NCBI GenBank assembly: GCA_965235115.1
Contig: OZ249437.1
Location: 26,536,001 to 26,600,000, forward strand
Direction: 5' to 3'
DNA length: 64,000 nt
Source: Laetmonice hystrix
Taxonomy: Eukaryota
Shown: one piece after another, positions 59,901 through 64,000 of the stretch
Layout: each line of letters starts with the position of its first letter
Position numbering within the stretch: the first letter of the stretch is position 1
Position numbers and translations under genes: made by a program
Notes under the pieces: model-generated
Database searches by the model: none
Told to the model about the DNA's origin: nothing
The model's input: the letters and a program-made list of their open reading frames with translations, nothing else

Positions 59901-62476
59901 GTTGGCTGGTGGTGGCGGCCGTGTCAGTTGAACGGGCGGACGAGGAACCGTATAGGAGGGCCCATGTGGATTGGGCGGTCTCCATCGCCGGCTCCATGCC
60001 CCCGACATGTAGGTACCCGCCCTGCCGCCTGGCCGGCCGGTCACACTGGGCGTGGTCGGCCGGCCACTGCGAGGTCTATAGTCAGCATCTGATGTGAAAA
60101 GGATAAAGTGACAAAACCTCTTGTACTTATGTCGGTAGAATTCAATAAAATTTCATACAGTATGTATACGCCATTTTACTAATCATATTTGTTTGAATAA
60201 ACAATTCCACATTCCTGAAAGGTTTCCGTTCAGCGCGAATAACCCATGGTACCATTCCAAGGAAATCTGAGTTAGGGGATAGGGATTAGGATAACATTGA
60301 GGGGAAGGGATACGGATTAGGATAACGTTGCAAGAGAAGGCTAAGGATTAGGATGACATTGAGGGAGAAGGCTAGGGATTAGGATGACATTGAGGGAGAG
60401 GACTACGGATTAGGATAACATTGAGTGGCAGGGATAGGGATTAGGATAACATTGAGGGGCAGGGATAGGGATTAGGATAACATTGAGGGGCAGGGATAAG
60501 GATTAGGATACCATTGCAGGAGAAGGCTAGGGATTAGGATGACATTGAGGGGTAGGGATAGGGATTAGGATGACATTGAAAGAGAGGGCTAGGGATTAGG
60601 ATAACATTGAGGGGCAGGGATAGGGATTAGGATAACATTGAGTGGCAGGGATAGGGATTAGGATAACATTGAGTGGCAGGGATAGGGAGAAGGATAACAT
60701 TGAGGGGTAGGGATAGGGATTAGGATGACATTGAAAGAGAGGGCTAGGGATTAGGATAACATTGAGGGGCAGGGATAGGGATTAGGATAACATTGAGGGG
60801 CAGGGATAGGGATTAGGATAACATTGAGTGGCAGGGATAGGGATTAGGATAACATTGAGGGGCAGGGATAAGGGGATAAGGATTAGGATACCATTGCAGG
60901 AGAAGGCTAGGGATTAGGATGATATTGAGGGGCAGGGATAGGGATTAGGATGACATTGAGGGGCAGGGATAGGGATTAGGATACCATTGCAGGAGAAGCC
61001 TAGGGATTAGGATAAGATTGCGGGAGAAGGCTAGGGATTAGGATGACATTGAGGGGAAGGGATAGGGATTAGGATGACATTGAGGGGCAGGGATAGGGAT
61101 TAGGGTAACATTGAGGGGAAGGGATAGGGATTAGGATGACGTTGAGGGGAAGGGATAGGGATTAGGATGACACTGAGGGAGAAGGCTAGGATTACGATGA
61201 CATTTTTCAGATGCAGGGACAGGATGGGGATAACATTTTGTGGAGGTCTGGCGACCGGAAGTAGGAGCTTACATTAGGTTTGAGGCTACAAATTCAAAGA
61301 GATCATTTTTTTAGTTCTTACCGCCAACTTTCTCGGAGATGCTACAATGCGGCACGTACCGTTCGGCGTCTTAGTGTGGAGAAACGTTTAATTCGCACTT
61401 AACCCAAATTAATGTCGTTAACGTAAAGTGTCATCTATATCCGGTATGTAGACCCAGTGAGAAACCATTCTAAGGAAGTGATCTAAAGGAGTAAATAATT
61501 TGTCTTCGCTCATTACTGCTATGACTGTATCTATGGAAGGGTAAAATATTGATAGGCCCTAATACGGTATTCGTACAAGGGTTTCAACAAGGGATCACGA
61601 TTTGATGTCCAATTGACGTTCTGCCCTTTGATTGGCGTTTGTTGTCGTTTTTATAACCTACTGACATTTGATGCAGATGTTTTTTGATATTTGTTTTTCC
61701 ACAACGATATGTGTTATTGAAGTTTAACGGTTCTTGAATAGAAATGTTAACTGACTCAACTGAGACAGTTCATTTTTTTATGAACCGGATAGTGCTCTTG
61801 TTTGAATAGTCAGTCACACCGCCGTATTAAGATTTAATTTACTTATTATTAATAGAAAATTTCCCATGAAACTGGTCGTACGGATTAAGGTTATAGGGCA
61901 GAGGTATTTCTGGGAGGCCTGTGGACCCAGGCGAAGGTTAAGGATTAGGGTTATGGCCTCAAAATAACACTGATAGATTACTTTGTCTTCCTAACAAAAT
62001 TTATAGAGATAAAATTATTGCCATACAGGTTGCGTTTCTCATCTATCGTTATCCTGTCGTGCGTTAAAATCCCCATTGAAAATGCATTGGAGTTAACGAT
62101 ACGACAAGTTAACGACATGATGAGAAACGTCCCCAAATGTATATCATTCCCACTCAATGCTTTGGGAAGCCAGTTTGTATGATGAGTAAATAGGGTAGAT
62201 AGACCTGTCACCCTCATGTTATGCCTCATTCAAGACTTTAGGTGCACCTTCCTATACCAAAAATATAATAAACCAACTCATCATACACCACAGACGAATC
62301 TTTTATTTCCTTTTGCTAATGTACACACCATGTTTTCTTCCCTGACCTAGGTTGACCTGATTGCCTTCGCGTGGAAGTGTCATGCACTGAAGGCTGGTGT
62401 AAAAGACAACGCGCTGACGACTAAACGGAAAGGAACAGTGGCCCGCGACTGTCACAAGAATATGCAACTTTCATAA
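41886..62476 (+). CDS. BTBD19: BTB/POZ-BACK domain protein, BTBD19-like. Seven coding exons: 41886-41971, 45135-45375, 45904-45957, 46480-46608, 46899-47030, 51186-51311, 62351-62476; 297 aa
   Basis: Spliced peptide: ...FASDMKKWVNNKDLSDIKFVIG..YGHRLLLAARSEVFRAMF..EFIYTN..AIEYGLDGLR..QAAVTFG..SDLLRIDE..VRLPLLSPEEL..LIP|VDLIAFAWKCHAL..KRKGT. It matches recalled human BTBD19 (VNNPRYSDV, AVEYGL, AVTFG, EAWKCHAL, RRGT), including 18-, 44- and 42-codon exons. All introns are GT-AG. Confidence 0.9.
42483..43243. mobile_element. Possible TTAA-flanked (Kolobok-like) non-autonomous element
   Basis: TTAA|AGGT...ACCT|TTAA ends; the TIR match beyond 4 bp is weak. Confidence 0.3.
43380..43545 (+). mobile_element. 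Decayed LINE (CR1/L2-like) reverse transcriptase C-terminal fragment
   Basis: Frame-broken KWQQHFN...EK/DLG...VIIDQRLSW resembles the W..FN..KC...EKDLGV.ID..L.W motif. Confidence 0.35.
45135..45375 (+). CDS. BTBD19: BTBD19-like exon 2 (BTB domain)
   Basis: ttaacag acceptor, ATT|gtaaga donor; BTB motifs HRLLLAARSEVFRAMF and FIYT. Confidence 0.93.
45904..45957 (+). CDS. BTBD19: BTBD19-like exon 3 (TIDVMGMAIEYGLDGLRM)
   Basis: tttctag acceptor, ATG|gtaagt donor. Confidence 0.9.
46480..46608 (+). CDS. BTBD19: BTBD19-like exon 4 (LCTEY...ERNTQ)
   Basis: ttgtcag acceptor, CAG|gtgaga donor. Confidence 0.9.
46899..47030 (+). CDS. BTBD19: BTBD19-like exon 5 (BACK domain; NVFKSKSF...EWATVNS)
   Basis: cctccag acceptor, TCG|gtatgt donor. 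Confidence 0.9.
47017..48665. repeat. Minisatellite, 48-bp units plus 30-bp variants (about 35-38 copies), starting at a BTBD19 exon/intron junction
   Basis: Unit aacagtcaactcgatatgtctaaa(g/t)taaccagaagtcagggaatcggt. Confidence 0.98.
49625..50550. mobile_element. Insertion of about 925 bp (TTAA-target, Kolobok-like ends) interrupting the first unit of the 153-bp array
   Basis: The left flank ends gttatattaa and the right flank resumes ttca-ctttccctcactatattag; joined, they rebuild the array unit. Confidence 0.55.
50555..51243 (+). repeat. 153 bp x5 tandem array containing the BTBD19 exon-6 acceptor and the exon's 5' end
   Basis: ctttccctcactatattag|gttgtgattggact recurs with exon starts at 50574, 50727, 50880, 51033 and 51186. 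Confidence 0.97.
51186..51311 (+). CDS. BTBD19: BTBD19-like exon 6 (VVIGLKAREVASTVIGHVRLPLLSPEELKDVEEENAKDGLIP)
   Basis: tattag acceptor (the last of five tandem copies), CCC|gtgagt donor. Confidence 0.88.
52213..52938. repeat. Minisatellite, about 62 bp x12
   Basis: Unit atactggagctcattctggttgtatattgggtttatgataggaattaaagatcaccatggca. Confidence 0.97.
54225..54705. mobile_element. Harbinger/Tourist-like MITE remnants rich in CCGAT/ATCGG motifs
   Basis: gtgtgacaccggct occurs twice; ggcctgtccacac ... gtgtgaacg are imperfect ends. Confidence 0.35.
56500..57500 (-). mobile_element. Decayed LINE (CR1/L2-like) 3' portion
   Basis: Minus-strand frames give RDFEVLLHPILAL, then TFVQP..VRSETWSP..RSVQ, then RHSH..L..C. 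This order resembles KDLGV / LVRP.LEY..VWSP..VQ / TRGH. Many stops and frameshifts. Confidence 0.45.
57594..57690. mobile_element. Short palindromic MITE-like hairpin
   Basis: aggaccgc..cgcaaaacgtaaaaatt / aatttttacgttttgcg..gcggtcct. Confidence 0.75.
58915..59089. mobile_element. hAT-like MITE (CAGG...CCTG ends)
   Basis: caggcccgtaatt ... aattacggccctg TIRs (1 mismatch); internal G/C runs; no clean 8-bp TSD. Confidence 0.6.
59440..59544 (+). pseudogene. Diverged copy of the BTBD19 stop-codon region and proximal 3' UTR inside the last intron
   Basis: aagaatat..tcataaactgtgaatt..acggaag.tgg.tgtccac.ttcctt.ggtttcctgagat..ctcagaaatctct matches 62456-62550. Confidence 0.7.
60272..61238. repeat. 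G-rich minisatellite, 31 bp x about 31
   Basis: Unit gggatagggattaggataacattgaggggca with variants. Confidence 0.96.
62351..62476 (+). CDS. BTBD19: BTBD19-like last exon (VDLIAFAWKCHALKAGVKDNALTTKRKGTVARDCHKNMQLS*)
   Basis: ccctgacctag acceptor; AWKCHAL motif; TAA stop. Confidence 0.9.
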   Translation, partial: VDLIAFAWKCHALKAGVKDNALTTKRKGTVARDCHKNMQLS

Positions 62477-64000
62477 ACTGTGAATTGCGGAGACGGAAGT
62501 TGGTTGTCCACGTTCCTTCGGTTTCCTGAGATACGATCTCAGAAATCTCTCCTCTCTCGTGGTCCCGTATAAGGTGTACATAATGAATGAAGAGTGTGTC
62601 ACATGATGCCGGGGGTAGTTGATGTATTGCGTTATAAATCAATTAATGTTGGATCCACGTGGGCTGCAATCTGGACGGCAAACAATCCATATTGAGAATA
62701 GAAATCACTTAGCCAGACTCAATGAGGGTTCCTTAGCGGTCAATGTACTCTAACCGTTTTATTATCTCTTTAATTTAACAGTACGACTTTCCCTAATATT
62801 TGAATATTTCATGGTCCGAAGTACAGAAGTCTCAGTTCACAAAATGTTGGTGCATCAAATGACTTTCCGCCCGTTTTTACAGACTTTGACCCACATGTAG
62901 AGACAGTATTTCAGTTCTTTATGGCACGTTTCCTTTATCAAAAAGATTTTTCTCTCCGTTTTGTTGTCAAATGGGACTGTTTGGTCGGTCAATATTAGTT
63001 CTTAAAAACAGATTTCTGCTCAATTAACGAAGCGCGTGAGGTGCCTTCTATAGCATGCTTAACCGTACCGAACGACCTGCTGGATTCTGATTGGACGGGC
63101 CACATTGTCAATTGATCACGTGACAAAGCCATCTTAATCTTCAAACACCATAATGGATTATGCAAATACAACGGTAAGAAGAGCTGAGACAAGCGACAGA
63201 TTCATCAATACTGACGAAGGTCTCTCAGCGGCGGATCTTTTACTCAGAATTTCTAAAACAGATGAATTGAACCATACGGTTGTGAGAACGTAATCTTAGA
63301 GCGATATCACTCAGTCAGCATTTTTGTCCGTCCAGGCACTGCAGAACTGCATTGTGCCATGCATGTCGTAGTGTTTGTGGTTAGCGAAACATCTTAACCA
63401 TTTTTTTTACTGCAGCTTGAATATGAACATGAACTTGACTTTTCTGTACTTTGTACCTTTTTGTACACGGTATTTCTTTTGACAAATTGGGGCCCTTTCG
63501 TTGAGATTATCAGAAATTTTTATAATATTTTCTTGGCGGCACTCCTCAAACGAGCTGGTCACTGAACGCCTTAGAATTGATACAATCTCTGGTCGAGCAA
63601 TGCATTTTGTAACCATGTAGAAATGAAGACTGAGGTCGAAGCCAAGAGAGGGTCAAGACGCCTGTTTGTGTGACACGGATATGTAATGTTGTGTAGAGCT
63701 TGTGTGTATAGACTGTATATAATGCAGGTCATTACCAAGGCGGGTGTCTTATTTGCTCTTATTTGGAAAGAAGTAGACATGTATTTATCGGATGAATACC
63801 ATTTGGGCCAAGGGGGAATCTGAAGACCAATTCTCTCCACGTCCTCCCTGGTTACAGGCCTGCGGTATAGAGCTCGTCTGGAACTATATCAATAGGTGGC
63901 ATTGTGTAGGTGGCATTTTGGTTATGATTACACGACTTGCATGACTATATAATATGATGTGATTTTATAATATACCTCATCAGGCGGTCAGTACAATCGG

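Noticed and set aside
201-61238. CRISPR interpretation of the regularly spaced repeats
   Set aside because: The arrays are head-to-tail with no unique spacers, there are no cas genes, and the context is spliceosomal eukaryotic genes.
60272-61238. Interstitial telomere or chromosome-fusion site
   Set aside because: The period is 31 bp with no pure (TTAGGG)n run and no head-to-head inversion.

Overview
This is eukaryotic, intron-rich DNA that looks like an invertebrate metazoan; the species cannot be determined from the sequence. Three protein-coding genes can be reconstructed by hand with canonical GT-AG introns and consistent phases. (1) A two-coding-exon TRIM-NHL gene on the minus strand (7786-17825; RING, two B-boxes, coiled coil, long disordered linker, six NHL repeats; about 1005 aa). 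(2) The 3' two-thirds of RTEL1 on the plus strand (17 exons, 23593-40880; helicase domain 2, one harmonin-homology domain, C-terminal RING). I could not find its 5' exons anywhere in the window. (3) A complete BTBD19-like BTB-BACK gene on the plus strand (7 coding exons, 41886-62476; 297 aa). About 18% of the window is unrelated minisatellite arrays, plus MITE-like hairpins and decayed LINE fragments. The most striking pattern is that three large arrays are built from, and anchored exactly on, real splice sites. A 153-bp x5 array copies a BTBD19 3' splice site plus the start of the exon, and every upstream copy leads to an in-frame TAG. A 48-bp array copies a BTBD19 5' splice site with GT changed to AT in every copy. 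A 3.3-kb, 72-84-bp array ends exactly at an RTEL1 acceptor, and each unit carries a recursive-splice-like CAG|GTATGT. All homology calls are from my recall of the protein families, not from database searches.
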